Positions 16,058-25,732 of a DNA stretch of 38,838 nucleotides are shown one piece after another (within the stretch, counting starts at the first letter, position 1; each line of letters opens with the position of its first letter). The notes under the pieces are model-generated. The model worked only from the letters and a program-made list of their open reading frames with translations, did not search any database and was not told the origin of the DNA. Source of the DNA: a virus (Duplodnaviria > Heunggongvirae > Uroviricota > Caudoviricetes); IMG/VR virus record IMGVR_UViG_2718217859_000004, positions 1 through 38,838 of that record; one strand, 5' to 3'. Made by a program: the position numbers and the translations under genes.

Positions 16058-16159
16058 CGGGCATTACAGCAGCCCTTTATGGTGAGGGGCTGCGATAATG
16101 CAGGTATTAGAGTGTGCGTAAATGATAATTGCTCCTATTTCCGCGGGTCCTTTCCATAA

Positions 16160-16350
16160 CCTGAAACACCGGGGGACGGCAGACGCGCAAAAACGCGCTA
16201 TTTATGAAAATTTTCAGGGAAAAAGCAGATCCGTTCTTCTTCTGGATAACCTGTTGTTTAATAGGACTTTCTTTAAAAAAAGAAAGGATCTGGCAGCGGT
16301 GATTTTTCGCTGAAAAAAGCGTTTTGAGATCCTTTCTTCTTTTTGTGAGG
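16160..16350 (+). other. Lambda-like cos site (cosN/cosB) upstream of the small terminase gene
   Basis: GGGGGACGGCAGACGCGCAAAAACGCGCTATTTATGAAAATTTTCAGG...CCGTTCTTCTTC closely parallels lambda GGGCGGCGACCTCGCGGGTTTTCGCTATTTATGAAAATTTTCCGG...CCGTTCTTCTTC; palindrome CTTTCTTT-aaaa-AAAGAAAG lies in the cosB-equivalent region. Confidence 0.7.
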
Positions 16351-16360
16351 AATATGTGCC

Positions 16361-16909
16361 GTGAAGGTTAACAAAAAGAAACTGGCAGAGATTTTTGAGT
16401 GCGATGTCAGAACAATCACTGGCTGGCAAAGTCAGGGGCTGAGAGTTTTGTCGGGGGGAGGCAAAGGTATCGAGGCCATGTTCAATACTGCAGAAGCCAT
16501 TGAGTGGTATGCGCAGCGGGAAAAAGATATCGAAAACGAAAAGCTCCGCAAAGAACTGGAAGATTTGCGTGCGGCTGCAGAATCAGATTTACAACCCGGC
16601 ACCATTGACTATGAACGCTACCGGCTCACCAAAGCACAGGCTGACGCACAGGAGATGAAAAATGCCCGTGAAGAAGGGCTGGTGCTGGAAACGGAATTGT
16701 TTACCTTCATTCTGCAACGTGTGGCACAGGAGATTTCGGGGATACTTGTACGTGTGCCGCTGACATTACAGCGTAAATATCCGGATATTTCACCGTCACA
16801 CCTTGATGTGGTGAAAACTGAAATCGCGAAAGCCTCCAATGTTGCAGCTAAAGCCGGTGAAAACGTGGGCAGGTGGATTGATGATTTCAGACGCACAGAA
16901 GGCAGCTAA
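16361..16909 (+). CDS. Terminase small subunit, lambda Nu1-like
   Basis: [41 protein letters not shown]...[13 protein letters not shown]...[28 protein letters not shown] aligns closely with lambda Nu1; GTG start. Confidence 0.9.
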   Translation: MKVNKKKLAEIFECDVRTITGWQSQGLRVLSGGGKGIEAMFNTAEAIEWYAQREKDIENEKLRKELEDLRAAAESDLQPGTIDYERYRLTKAQADAQEMKNAREEGLVLETELFTFILQRVAQEISGILVRVPLTLQRKYPDISPSHLDVVKTEIAKASNVAAKAGENVGRWIDDFRRTEGS

Positions 16910-18797
16910 TGCAGCCGGTGCGATAGCTACAGGGCTTTTATCTCTCAATATTCCGGTTCCACTGACGACGGTTCAGTGGGCTGATCAACATTATTATCTG
17001 CCGAAAGAATCTTCATACACTCCCGGACAATGGGAAACCCTGCCGTTTCAGGTTGCCATTATGAACAGCATGGGAAATGACCGGATCCGCACCGTTAATC
17101 TGATTAAATCGGCGCGCGTTGGTTACACTAAAATGCTGTTGGGGGTGGAGGCTTATTTTATTGAGCATAAATCCCGTAACAGTCTGCTTTTTCAGCCAAC
17201 AGATTCTGCGGCAGAAGATTTCATGAAATCTCATGTTGAGCCAACGATCAGGGATGTCCCTGCATTGCTGGAGCTGGCTCCATGGTTCGGAAGAAAACAT
17301 CGTGACAACACGCTCACTCTGAAGCGTTTTTCCTCCGGTGTGGGGTTCTGGTGCCTGGGCGGTGCCGCAGCTAAAAACTACCGTGAAAAATCTGTGGATG
17401 TGGTCTGCTATGACGAACTCTCCTCGTTTGAACCGGATGTGGAAAAAGAAGGCTCGCCGACGCTGCTTGGCGATAAACGTATCGAAGGCTCGGTATGGCC
17501 TAAATCCATACGTGGCTCAACGCCGAAAATTAAAGGCTCCTGCCAGATTGAGAAAGCCGCGAATGAATCTGCGCATTTCATGCGGTTTTATGTCCCTTGC
17601 CCTCATTGCGGGGAGGCTCAGTATCTGAAGTTTGGCGATGATGCGACGCCGTCTGGCCTGAAATGGGAGAAGGGTAAACCGGAAACGGTGTATTACCTGT
17701 GTGAACATAATGGCTGTGTGATCCGCCAGTCGGAACTTGATCAGACCGACGGGCGCTGGATTTGTGACAATACCGGGATGTGGACGCGCGACGGCCTGGC
17801 ATTTTACAGCGCCGGTGATGAGGAGATGCCGCCACCGCGCTCCGTCACTTTCCATATCTGGACGGCGTACAGCCCGTTCACCACCTGGGTACAGATTGTT
17901 TATGACTGGCTGGATGCACTGAAGGATCCGAACGGTGTCAAGACGTTTATTAACACCACGCTCGGGGAGCCCTATGAAGAGGCCGTGGCAGAAAAACTGA
18001 GCTTTGAGTTGTTGCTGGAAAAAGTCTGCCACTATGGCGCGCAGGTTCCCCTGCGGGTGGTTTACCTGACCGCCGGGATCGACTCCCAGAAAGATCGCTA
18101 CGAAATTTATGTCTGGGGCTGGGCGCCTGGCGAAGAAGCTTTTCTGATTGATAAGCAAATTATCATGGGGCGACCGGAAGACGAGGACACCCTTAAACGT
18201 GTTGATGCGGTGATCCGGAAAAAATACCGCCATGCTGACGGTACTGAAATTTCCATTTCCCGTGTCTGCTGGGATACCGGTGGTATCGACCAGGACATTG
18301 TGTATCAGCGTTCCAGGAAACACGGCACTTTTTTTGTGCTTCCCATAAAAGGGGCATCGGTGTACGGCAAGCCGGTGATCACCATGCCCAAAAAGCGCAA
18401 CCAGCGTGGTGTGTTTTTGTGTGAGGTGGGCTCCGATACCGTCAAGGAAATGCTGTACGCCCGTTTTGCCCTGCCGGTGGTATCTGCCAGTGAAGCCGCC
18501 CCGTATACCTTCCGTTTTCCGGATAACCCCGACATTTTTTCGGAAGAAGAGGCGCGTCAGATCGTGGCGGAAGAGCTGGTGGAGAAGGTGGTTAATGGCA
18601 GGGTGAAACTGCTGTGGGATAAAAAAGGGCGACGCAACGAAGCCCTCGACTGCCTGGTATATGCCTATGCTGCCCTGCGCGTTTCGGTACAGCGGTGGCA
18701 ACTGGACCTTGAAGCGCTGGCGAGAGCACGAAGAGATGAACAGGATGAGGATGATATGAGCATGGAAGAGATCGCGGCTGCACTGAGTGGAGGATAA
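16881..18797 (+). CDS. Terminase large subunit, lambda gpA-like
   Basis: Long collinear match to lambda A ([25 protein letters not shown]...; [20 protein letters not shown]...; VWGWAPGEE...DKQIIMGRP); start overlaps Nu1 3' end as in lambda. Confidence 0.9.
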   Translation: MISDAQKAANAAGAIATGLLSLNIPVPLTTVQWADQHYYLPKESSYTPGQWETLPFQVAIMNSMGNDRIRTVNLIKSARVGYTKMLLGVEAYFIEHKSRNSLLFQPTDSAAEDFMKSHVEPTIRDVPALLELAPWFGRKHRDNTLTLKRFSSGVGFWCLGGAAAKNYREKSVDVVCYDELSSFEPDVEKEGSPTLLGDKRIEGSVWPKSIRGSTPKIKGSCQIEKAANESAHFMRFYVPCPHCGEAQYLKFGDDATPSGLKWEKGKPETVYYLCEHNGCVIRQSELDQTDGRWICDNTGMWTRDGLAFYSAGDEEMPPPRSVTFHIWTAYSPFTTWVQIVYDWLDALKDPNGVKTFINTTLGEPYEEAVAEKLSFELLLEKVCHYGAQVPLRVVYLTAGIDSQKDRYEIYVWGWAPGEEAFLIDKQIIMGRPEDEDTLKRVDAVIRKKYRHADGTEISISRVCWDTGGIDQDIVYQRSRKHGTFFVLPIKGASVYGKPVITMPKKRNQRGVFLCEVGSDTVKEMLYARFALPVVSASEAAPYTFRFPDNPDIFSEEEARQIVAEELVEKVVNGRVKLLWDKKGRRNEALDCLVYAYAALRVSVQRWQLDLEALARARRDEQDEDDMSMEEIAAALSGG

Positions 18798-18800
18798 GTG

Positions 18801-19010
18801 ATGATTTATACGCATGAGATGCTTTGTGATGCCCGCCGGGCATTACATGAACTGATGATCGGACGTGCTGTGGTTTCTGTCGGCAGGAACGGACGGCAGG
18901 TTCAGTATTCGCGGGCGACGATTGGTGAACTGCGGCAATACATTGAAGAGCTGGAGAGTGCGCTGGGTGTGTCCGGACGGCGTCGCGGTCCGGTGGGAGT
19001 GAGGCTGTGA
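18801..19010 (+). CDS. Head-tail joining protein, lambda gpW-like
   Basis: 69 aa; ...ARRALHELMIGRAVVSVGRNGRQVQYSRATIGELRQYIEELE...GRRRGPVG parallels lambda W. Confidence 0.85.
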   Translation: MIYTHEMLCDARRALHELMIGRAVVSVGRNGRQVQYSRATIGELRQYIEELESALGVSGRRRGPVGVRL

Positions 19011-20578
19011 ATGTGGAGTTGATAGATGTTCACGGACAGCCCCTGCGACAGAGTATGGGATATTCCGGTGGCGGCTCCGGATTTGGTGGGCAGCTTGCGG
19101 AATGGCTGCCTGCACCGGAAAGTGCCGATGTGGCGCTGTTGCCTTCCATTCAGCTGGGTAATGCCCGTGCGGATGATCTGGTCCGTAATAATGGCATTGC
19201 CGCGAATGCTGTGGAAATCCATAAAGACCATATCGTCGGACATATGTTTCGCCTGAGCTACCGACCCAACTGGCGCTGGCTGGGGATGTCAGAAGCTGAT
19301 TCGCATGCCTTTATTGAAGATGTGGAGGCGGCGTGGATGGAATACTGCGATCCGGTGTTTGGCTCGATGGATGTGGAAGGACGTCGCTCGTTTACCGAAT
19401 TTATTCGTGAAGGGGTGGGGGTCCATACTTTTAACGGTGAAATTTTTGTCCAGCCTGTATGGGATGCGGAATCCACGTCATTATTCAGAACAAAATTCAA
19501 GACCATCAGTCCGAAGCGCGTCAGTACGCCCGGTTATGGCATCGGCGATCGTTTTATGCGTGCCGGAGTGGAAATCAGCCGGCACGGAAAGGCGATAGCC
19601 TACCATGTTCAGGATGATGACTGGCCGGGTTACAGTGTCAGTAACTGGACACGGATTACGGCGACTCTGCCCTCCGGAAGACCGGGCATGATCCATGTGT
19701 TTCAGCCGCAGGAGGACGGGCAGACGCGCGGGGCAAACCAGTTTTACTCTGTCATGGAGCGCCTCAAGATGCTCGACACACTGCAGGCCACGCAACTGCA
19801 GTCGGCGATGGTGCGGGCGATGTATGCCGCGACGATTGAATCCACACTGGATTCGGAAAAAGCATTTGAATATATCGCCGGGGTGGGGGATGACAGTAAA
19901 AACCCGCTGAAAGCCATCATGAAAGGCTATGCGCACTATTACGCCATCAATGGGGTAAAGATGGGAGGGGTTCGTATTCCGCATCTTTATCCGGGGGATT
20001 CACTGAATCTGCAGACGGCACAGAATGCGGATAATGGGTTCTCTGAACTGGAAAAGGCGCTGTTACGCTACATCGCAGCCGGACTGGGCGTGTCCTATGA
20101 ACAGCTTTCCCGTGATTATTCACAGGTCAGTTATTCCAGTGCCAGGGCATCCGCCAATGAGTCGTGGCGGTATTTTATGGGGAAACGAAAATTTGTGGCC
20201 AGCCGTCTGGCGTCACAGATGTTTGCCTGCTGGCTGGAAGAAGCCCTTATTCGTGGTGTGATCCGCCCACCGAAATCCCGTTTCTCATTCTGGGAGGCCC
20301 GTTCCGGGTGGTGCCGTGCCGAGTGGATTGGTGCCGGTCGCATGGCGATTGATGGCCTTAAGGAAGTGCAGGAAGCGGTGATGCGTATTGAAGGTGGTTT
20401 AAGCACGTACGAGAAAGAACTGGCCCTGATGGGCGATGACTATCAGGAGATTTTCCGCCAGCAACTGCGTGAAAGCCAGGAGCGACAGGCGGCTGGTCTT
20501 CCCCGCCCCATCTGGATAAAGGACACGTTTCAGCAGCAGATCCGACAGACAACGGGAGAGAAAGGCGATGCGTCGTAA
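19007..20578 (+). CDS. Portal protein, lambda gpB-like
   Basis: GTG overlapping W stop; SGGGSGFGGQL...GNARADDLVRNNG...RGANQFYSVMERLKMLDTLQATQLQSAMVRAMYAATIES aligns with lambda B. Confidence 0.9.
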   Translation: MNVELIDVHGQPLRQSMGYSGGGSGFGGQLAEWLPAPESADVALLPSIQLGNARADDLVRNNGIAANAVEIHKDHIVGHMFRLSYRPNWRWLGMSEADSHAFIEDVEAAWMEYCDPVFGSMDVEGRRSFTEFIREGVGVHTFNGEIFVQPVWDAESTSLFRTKFKTISPKRVSTPGYGIGDRFMRAGVEISRHGKAIAYHVQDDDWPGYSVSNWTRITATLPSGRPGMIHVFQPQEDGQTRGANQFYSVMERLKMLDTLQATQLQSAMVRAMYAATIESTLDSEKAFEYIAGVGDDSKNPLKAIMKGYAHYYAINGVKMGGVRIPHLYPGDSLNLQTAQNADNGFSELEKALLRYIAAGLGVSYEQLSRDYSQVSYSSARASANESWRYFMGKRKFVASRLASQMFACWLEEALIRGVIRPPKSRFSFWEARSGWCRAEWIGAGRMAIDGLKEVQEAVMRIEGGLSTYEKELALMGDDYQEIFRQQLRESQERQAAGLPRPIWIKDTFQQQIRQTTGEKGDAS

Positions 20579-22175
20579 TTTATCGCATATTGCCGCCATG
20601 GCATTTAATGAGCCGCTTTTACTGGAACCCGCCTATGCGCGGGTTTTCTTTTGCGCGCTGGGTAAAGAGATGGGGGCCGGCAGCCTTGCAGTTCCTCAGC
20701 AGGCTGTTCAGCTTGATGCTGATGGTATGCAACTGGCTGTGACTGACTATATGGCGGGCGGTCAGCGTCCGGCAAAGAGTTACCAGGTGAAGAATGGCAT
20801 CGCCATTCTGCCGGTGAGCGGCACGCTGGTGCATAAACTGGGTACCCTGCGGCCTTACTCTGGCATGACAGGCTATGACGGTCTGACTGCTCGTCTTCAG
20901 ATGGCGGTGAATGATCCGGATGTGCGCGGCATTTTGCTGGATATCGACAGCCCGGGCGGTCAGGCAGCCGGGGCGTTTGACTGTGCTGACATGATTTACC
21001 GCCTGCGGGAACAGAAGCCCGTGTGGGCGCTGTGTAATGACATGGCCTGTTCAGCCGCCATGTTGCTGGCGGCAGCCTGTACGCGTCGGCTGGTCACGCA
21101 GACGGCAAAAATTGGTTCGATTGGCGTGATGATGGCGCACACCAGTTACGAGAAACAACTGGCACAGGAAGGGGTGGACATCACGCTGATTTACTCCGGG
21201 CAGCACAAGGTTGACGGCAACAGTATTCAGGCATTGCCGGCAGGTGTGCGTGCAGATTTTCAGCGCCGTATTGATGAGGCCCGCCGGATGTTTGTCGACA
21301 AGGTGTCGCTTTATACGGGGCTGAGTTCAGAGGCGGTGATGAATACCGAGGCTGCCGTTTATGACGGTCAGGCAGGGATTGATGCAGGCCTGGCTGATCA
21401 ACTGATTAATGCTGCAGATGCCGTTGAAGTGATGGTTTCTGCAATAAATAAAGAAATTAATAGAGAGGTAAATATGTCGCAAACGAATGTTTCGATCATT
21501 GAGGCTGTGGCCCAGGAAAATCAGCGCGTGATGGAGATCCTGAATTGTCAGGAGGCGAAAGGGCGCGAGCAACTTGCGCAAATGCTGGCAGGTCAGCCTG
21601 GAATGACGGTAGAGCAGGCGAAAGCGTTCCTGGCTGCTGTGCCTGCTGCCAGTGTGGCAAATACAGGTGATCAGATTATGGGGCTGCCGGAAGCAAAGGG
21701 GCGTGAGCAACTGGCACAGATGCTGGCAGGTCAACCGGGGATGACGGTGGAGCAGGCGAAAGCGTTTCTGGCGGCAGCCCCTGCTGCCGGCACAGGCGAT
21801 CAGATTATGGCGTTACCAGAAGCAAAAGGGCGTGAACAACTCGCGCAGACGCTGGCTGAACAGCCGGGAATGACCGTTGACCAGGCCAAAACGTTACTGG
21901 CGGCGGCACCGGTTGCTGGTTCTGCAAGTGTCGGCGATCAGATTATGGCGCTGCCGGAGGCGAAAGGGCGCGAGCAACTTGCACAGGCACTGACAGAACA
22001 ACCTGGAATGACGGTGGCGCAGGCGAAAACGCTGCTGGCAGCCGCGCCGGTGGCATCGCAACCGTCACAGGAAACACTTTTTGATCGCTTTATGGCACAG
22101 CATGCTGCCAGTGCGGTTTCCGGTGGCGGAACTGCCGGGCGCGGGGAGGAAGACCTGCTGATGAGTATGCCGTAA
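20568..22175 (+). CDS. Head maturation protease / scaffold, lambda gpC-like (S49/ClpP-like), with expanded C-terminal repeats
   Basis: MRRNLSHIAAMAFNEPLLLEPAYARVFFCALG...SYQVKNGIAILPVSGTLV...RTGSIGVMMAH aligns with lambda C; 535 aa vs ~439 in lambda because of tandem repeats. Confidence 0.9.
   Translation: MRRNLSHIAAMAFNEPLLLEPAYARVFFCALGKEMGAGSLAVPQQAVQLDADGMQLAVTDYMAGGQRPAKSYQVKNGIAILPVSGTLVHKLGTLRPYSGMTGYDGLTARLQMAVNDPDVRGILLDIDSPGGQAAGAFDCADMIYRLREQKPVWALCNDMACSAAMLLAAACTRRLVTQTAKIGSIGVMMAHTSYEKQLAQEGVDITLIYSGQHKVDGNSIQALPAGVRADFQRRIDEARRMFVDKVSLYTGLSSEAVMNTEAAVYDGQAGIDAGLADQLINAADAVEVMVSAINKEINREVNMSQTNVSIIEAVAQENQRVMEILNCQEAKGREQLAQMLAGQPGMTVEQAKAFLAAVPAASVANTGDQIMGLPEAKGREQLAQMLAGQPGMTVEQAKAFLAAAPAAGTGDQIMALPEAKGREQLAQTLAEQPGMTVDQAKTLLAAAPVAGSASVGDQIMALPEAKGREQLAQALTEQPGMTVAQAKTLLAAAPVASQPSQETLFDRFMAQHAASAVSGGGTAGRGEEDLLMSMP
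21474..22175 (+). CDS. Putative in-frame internal scaffold protein (Nu3-like) nested in the C gene
   Basis: In-frame ATG 21474 preceded by AGAGAGG (spacing 6), just upstream of the repeat region; by analogy with lambda Nu3 nested in C. Confidence 0.4.
   Translation: MSQTNVSIIEAVAQENQRVMEILNCQEAKGREQLAQMLAGQPGMTVEQAKAFLAAVPAASVANTGDQIMGLPEAKGREQLAQMLAGQPGMTVEQAKAFLAAAPAAGTGDQIMALPEAKGREQLAQTLAEQPGMTVDQAKTLLAAAPVAGSASVGDQIMALPEAKGREQLAQALTEQPGMTVAQAKTLLAAAPVASQPSQETLFDRFMAQHAASAVSGGGTAGRGEEDLLMSMP
21553..22060 (+). repeat. In-frame tandem coding repeats (about 3.7 copies of a 129-138 nt unit) in the C/Nu3 scaffold region
   Basis: Units begin ~21553, 21691, 21819, 21957, each encoding EAKGREQLAQ.LA.QPGMTV.QAK..LAA.P.A....GDQIM.LP; copies diverged at synonymous and non-synonymous sites. 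Confidence 0.85.
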
Positions 22176-22213
22176 GCGATATCCGGAATTCAGATAAATC
22201 AGGAGACTGAAAA

Positions 22214-22549
22214 ATGATTAAAACCACCACGGAAAAGCGCGCGGATGTGAACATTTTTGCCGGAAGCGATCCGGCGCATACCGCAAAAGCCACCAGTGGT
22301 ATCAGTGCCGCCACGCCTGCACTGACGCCACTGATGCTGGATGACGCCACCGGTAAACTGGTGGCATGGGATGGTCAGAAAGCCGGAACGGCCGTGGGGG
22401 TGCTGACTCTGGCGCTTGCCGGAACAGAACCCACGCTGACGTACTACAAAAGCGGTACGTTTGCCAGTGAGTCGCTGGTCTGGCCTGACTCTGTGGATGC
22501 GGTGAAAAAAGCCAACGCGTTTGTGGGAAGTGCCATCAGCCACGCCTGA
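22214..22549 (+). CDS. Head decoration protein, lambda gpD-like
   Basis: SDPAHTAKATSGISAATPALTPLMLDDATGKLVAWDG...YYKSGTFASESLVWPD aligns with lambda D. Confidence 0.9.
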   Translation: MIKTTTEKRADVNIFAGSDPAHTAKATSGISAATPALTPLMLDDATGKLVAWDGQKAGTAVGVLTLALAGTEPTLTYYKSGTFASESLVWPDSVDAVKKANAFVGSAISHA

Positions 22550-22617
22550 TGGTGAAGTGATTAACTGAAAAACGGGTCGCGATGCGGCCCGTTTGTGTTT
22601 CTGAAGGAAAATAAATT

Positions 22618-23646
22618 ATGGGGTTATTTACCACGCGTCAGTTACTCGGGTACACCGAGCAGAAAGTGAAATTTCGTGCGCTGTTTCTGGAGCTGTTCTT
22701 TCGTCGCACGATCACTTTCCATACTCAGGAAGTCATGCTGGATAAAATTACCGGCAAAACACCGGTTGCGGCGTATGTGTCTCCGGTGGTGTCAGGCAAA
22801 GTGCTGCGCAGCCGTGGTGGTGAAACCCGTGTGTTACGTCCTGGTTATGTAAAACCAAAACACCGCTTTGATTATCAGCAGGCAGTGGAACGTCTTCCGG
22901 GAGAAGATCCGGCCCGCCTTAATGACCCGGCTTACCGCCGTTTGCGTATTCTGACGGACAACCTGAAACAGGAAGAGCAGGCGATTGTGCAGGTGGAAGA
23001 AATGCAGGCGGTCAGTGCCGTTCTGCAGGGTAAATACACCATGAGTGGCGAGCAGTTTGAAACGGTGGAAGTGGATTTTGGGCGTTCTGCCGCCAATAAC
23101 ATTACGCAGGCTGGCGGACGCGAATGGTCACAGCAGAATGCTGACACCTTCGATCCGACGCATGATCTGGATGCGTACTGCGATTTCGCTTCCGGCACCA
23201 TCAATATCGCGATTATGGACGGCACGGTCTGGCGTATGCTGAACGGTTTTAAACTGTTCCGTGAGAAACTGGATACCAGCCGCGGCTCCAAATCTGAGCT
23301 GGAAACCGCACTGAAAGACCTGGGCTCCGTGGTTTCCTTTAAAGGTCATTACGGCGATCTGGCCATTGTGGTGGCGAAGACAACGTATGTTGACGAAAAC
23401 GGGGATGAACAGCGTTATCTGCCGGAAGGTACACTGATTCTGGGGAACACTCAGGCGGAGGGCGTCCGTTGCTATGGCGCAATCCAGGATAATCAGGCGC
23501 TGAGTGAAGGGATCACCTCTGCAACGCGTTATCCGAAACACTGGGAGGTTATTGGCGATCCAAGTTGTGAATATACCATGACGCAGTCTGCGCCGTTGAT
23601 GGTGTTGCCGGATCCGGATGCGTTTGTGGTGGTTCAGGTGAAATAA
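22618..23646 (+). CDS. Major capsid protein, lambda gpE-like
   Basis: 342 aa; VSPVVSGKVLRSRGG...PGYVKPKH...QVEEMQAVSAVLQGKYTM...GDLAIVV...SAPLMVLPDPDAFVVVQV aligns across the length of lambda E. Confidence 0.9.
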   Translation: MGLFTTRQLLGYTEQKVKFRALFLELFFRRTITFHTQEVMLDKITGKTPVAAYVSPVVSGKVLRSRGGETRVLRPGYVKPKHRFDYQQAVERLPGEDPARLNDPAYRRLRILTDNLKQEEQAIVQVEEMQAVSAVLQGKYTMSGEQFETVEVDFGRSAANNITQAGGREWSQQNADTFDPTHDLDAYCDFASGTINIAIMDGTVWRMLNGFKLFREKLDTSRGSKSELETALKDLGSVVSFKGHYGDLAIVVAKTTYVDENGDEQRYLPEGTLILGNTQAEGVRCYGAIQDNQALSEGITSATRYPKHWEVIGDPSCEYTMTQSAPLMVLPDPDAFVVVQVK

Positions 23647-23696
23647 GACGGGGCGGGATATTCCCGCCTTTTTCTTTAGCGCACGGGAGAGATGTG

Positions 23697-24062
23697 ATGA
23701 CAAAAGAGCAGATGACTGAACGTTTGCAGGAACTGGCAGTGATTCTGGGGCGTGAAGCAGATATTTCAGGTTCAAAAGCCGATCTTGAGCAGCGCCTGGC
23801 GGAATGGGAAGAGGAGGCCGCCGGATTCGATGGGGAGGAAACAGGGAAGGAAGAGGTGGGCAACGATGCATCCGGCGACGGAATGCATTCTGAGCGGGGA
23901 CTCGCCCGGGTGCGTATGCTGAAAACGGCGCATATGCCAGCCTGTGATGCTGTGACGGGAAAAATGTTGATGTTTGCCCGGGCCTCGAGTGTTGTGCTGG
24001 TTAATGAAGCCGCAGTTCCTGCGTTGCTGGCGGACGGTCTGGCAGAAAAAATCCGGGAGTGA
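23697..24062 (+). CDS. DNA packaging protein, lambda FI-like
   Basis: Position after capsid gene; MTKEQMTERLQELAVILGREADISGSKADLEQRLAEWEEE... parallels lambda FI N-terminus. Confidence 0.7.
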   Translation: MTKEQMTERLQELAVILGREADISGSKADLEQRLAEWEEEAAGFDGEETGKEEVGNDASGDGMHSERGLARVRMLKTAHMPACDAVTGKMLMFARASSVVLVNEAAVPALLADGLAEKIRE

Positions 24063-24064
24063 TG

Positions 24065-24466
24065 ATGTTCGATAATCTGTTCGATCAGGCCATGAGTGAT
24101 GCGGATGACATCATCCTGGATACGATGGGGACGGAAATCAGCATATATCCGGGCGGCACGGAAAGAAGAATCCGTGCCGTTTTTGATGCCCCGGCAGATA
24201 ACACCGGGATGAACACTGGCAGCGGCGAAATTCGTGATACTGCGCCCGTGTTATTTACCCGGAGCGCATGGGCCGCCGGTCTGAAAAAATATGACAGGGT
24301 CATGATCCACGGCGAACCCTATCAGGTAGTCGATCCCGGCTGGGATGAGTCAGGCACTGCGGGTCAGGGGGTGATTACCATCACCCTTGCGCGTGGAGAG
24401 CCGGGGAGAAATACACCTGCTGCACCGGAACGACCGAGTAAACGTTATGGCAGTCAGAGAGCATGA
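24065..24466 (+). CDS. Head-tail connector protein, lambda FII-like
   Basis: MFDNLFDQAMSDADDIILDTMG vs lambda FII MADFDNLFDAAIARADETIRGYMG. Confidence 0.8.
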   Translation: MFDNLFDQAMSDADDIILDTMGTEISIYPGGTERRIRAVFDAPADNTGMNTGSGEIRDTAPVLFTRSAWAAGLKKYDRVMIHGEPYQVVDPGWDESGTAGQGVITITLARGEPGRNTPAAPERPSKRYGSQRA

Positions 24467-25169
24467 ACGAAGCAGTGCCCGGCAGCGACGGCTGGCACGA
24501 AACCTCGTCGTCGATATTGATGAAGATGAGGTGCTGAAAATTATCGCTAAACTGGGTGGGTCAAAAAGTCAGATCCGTAAAGCCTGGGGCGTGGCGCTGA
24601 AAAGAGCCGCGTCTGCACTGCGGATGAAGGCCATGGCAGAGTTTAAAAAACAGGTTGCCCCACGCAGTCAGAAAATGATCGGAAGGCGTGTGCTGCGTGA
24701 TTTGGTCATTCGTAGAAACGGCGATGAGTTTGACGAGGCAAAGGTATGGTTCGGCCTGAACGCCATCAAAGTACGCGATCTGCGGGGACGCATCAATGGT
24801 GGACGACGCGGCGAACGCCATCAGTTGCGTGATGAGCGGGGACGTTTTGCTCCAGCTTCACGCAGCAGGAAGGCGAGGGAGATCCGTTTTAAACCTGCCG
24901 GTGAGGCAATACCGGTCACCACCTGGTCAGGTGATGAGGCCTTCATTAATGAATTTGAGTCTGAAAACCGACGCGGACGCATTTCACGGCGTAAGACTGT
25001 CCTGGTCCGGCAGGTATCAGGACGACGAAGGGTACGTGAAGCGGAAATTGATATTTACGAAGCCATGCTGAACCGTATAGAGGATTTTGTTTTTCCGGAT
25101 GCGGAAGCACTGATCCTGAAAAATTTTGAGCATGAACTGAAATTCCGGGTATTTAAGGGGCTGGAGTGA
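24447..25169 (+). CDS. Head-tail joining / tail completion protein (lambda Z-like position), tentative
   Basis: ATG 24447 overlapping FII 3' end; basic, helical protein at the position of lambda Z; weak similarity only. Confidence 0.45.
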   Translation: MAVREHERSSARQRRLARNLVVDIDEDEVLKIIAKLGGSKSQIRKAWGVALKRAASALRMKAMAEFKKQVAPRSQKMIGRRVLRDLVIRRNGDEFDEAKVWFGLNAIKVRDLRGRINGGRRGERHQLRDERGRFAPASRSRKAREIRFKPAGEAIPVTTWSGDEAFINEFESENRRGRISRRKTVLVRQVSGRRRVREAEIDIYEAMLNRIEDFVFPDAEALILKNFEHELKFRVFKGLE

Positions 25170-25732
25170 TGGAGCCATTAATGATGGGAGCCTGGCATCA
25201 GGCGGTGATTGACAGTCTGAAACAAATTCCCTGGGTGGAAGATGCCGATGAGTACCCGGAAAAAGTCACTCAACTGGTGACGCCTGCCGTGTTTGTTGAT
25301 GTGCCCGGCTGGGACAAGGCCCGGTTTGCCGACGGGCAGACACGGGTCACGCTGAAATGCGATCTGTTTGTGGTGACAGACCGGGCCGGGAAGACGGAGA
25401 ACGTGCCAAAACCGCAGATTTTTGCCCGTTGTCTGGCGATGGATTTGTCTGACTGGATTGAGGGAGCTACGTTCGGGCTGGATAACGTTGATCCGGCTGT
25501 TTTTATTGATGCTGAGGTGGATACCTTCGACCGGCTTCTGGATGACTACATCGTTTTCCGTGTTTCTTTTGAACAGGATATCCCTGTCGGGGAAGATCCG
25601 TTTGCGGTTCCGGCAGGTGCGCCGTTACAGGAAGTCTGGCTGGGGAAAGTACCGGAAACCGGCAAAAAACATGTGCAGGATTATCGTCTTATCTGGAAAG
25701 CGGAGGGCACCGGCGATGAGTCTGGCGGATGA
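25169..25732 (+). CDS. Neck / tail-completion protein (lambda U-like position), tentative
   Basis: ATG overlaps previous stop (TGATG); last gene before the P2-like baseplate genes. Confidence 0.4.
   Translation: MEPLMMGAWHQAVIDSLKQIPWVEDADEYPEKVTQLVTPAVFVDVPGWDKARFADGQTRVTLKCDLFVVTDRAGKTENVPKPQIFARCLAMDLSDWIEGATFGLDNVDPAVFIDAEVDTFDRLLDDYIVFRVSFEQDIPVGEDPFAVPAGAPLQEVWLGKVPETGKKHVQDYRLIWKAEGTGDESGG

Noticed and set aside
17517-18815. 432-aa minus-strand ORF antisense to the large terminase gene
   Set aside because: It lies entirely inside a strongly supported gpA-like gene on the other strand; the protein is Arg/His-rich and low-complexity, typical of a spurious antisense frame in GC-rich coding DNA.
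21553-22060. Possible CRISPR-like array suggested by regular ~130-nt periodicity
   Set aside because: The repeats are long, diverged, in-frame protein-coding units inside the gpC gene, with no short direct repeats or spacers and no cas genes.
23128-23871. 247-aa minus-strand ORF overlapping the major capsid and FI genes
   Set aside because: Antisense to two well-supported lambda-like genes; Pro/Arg-rich composition typical of a non-coding frame.
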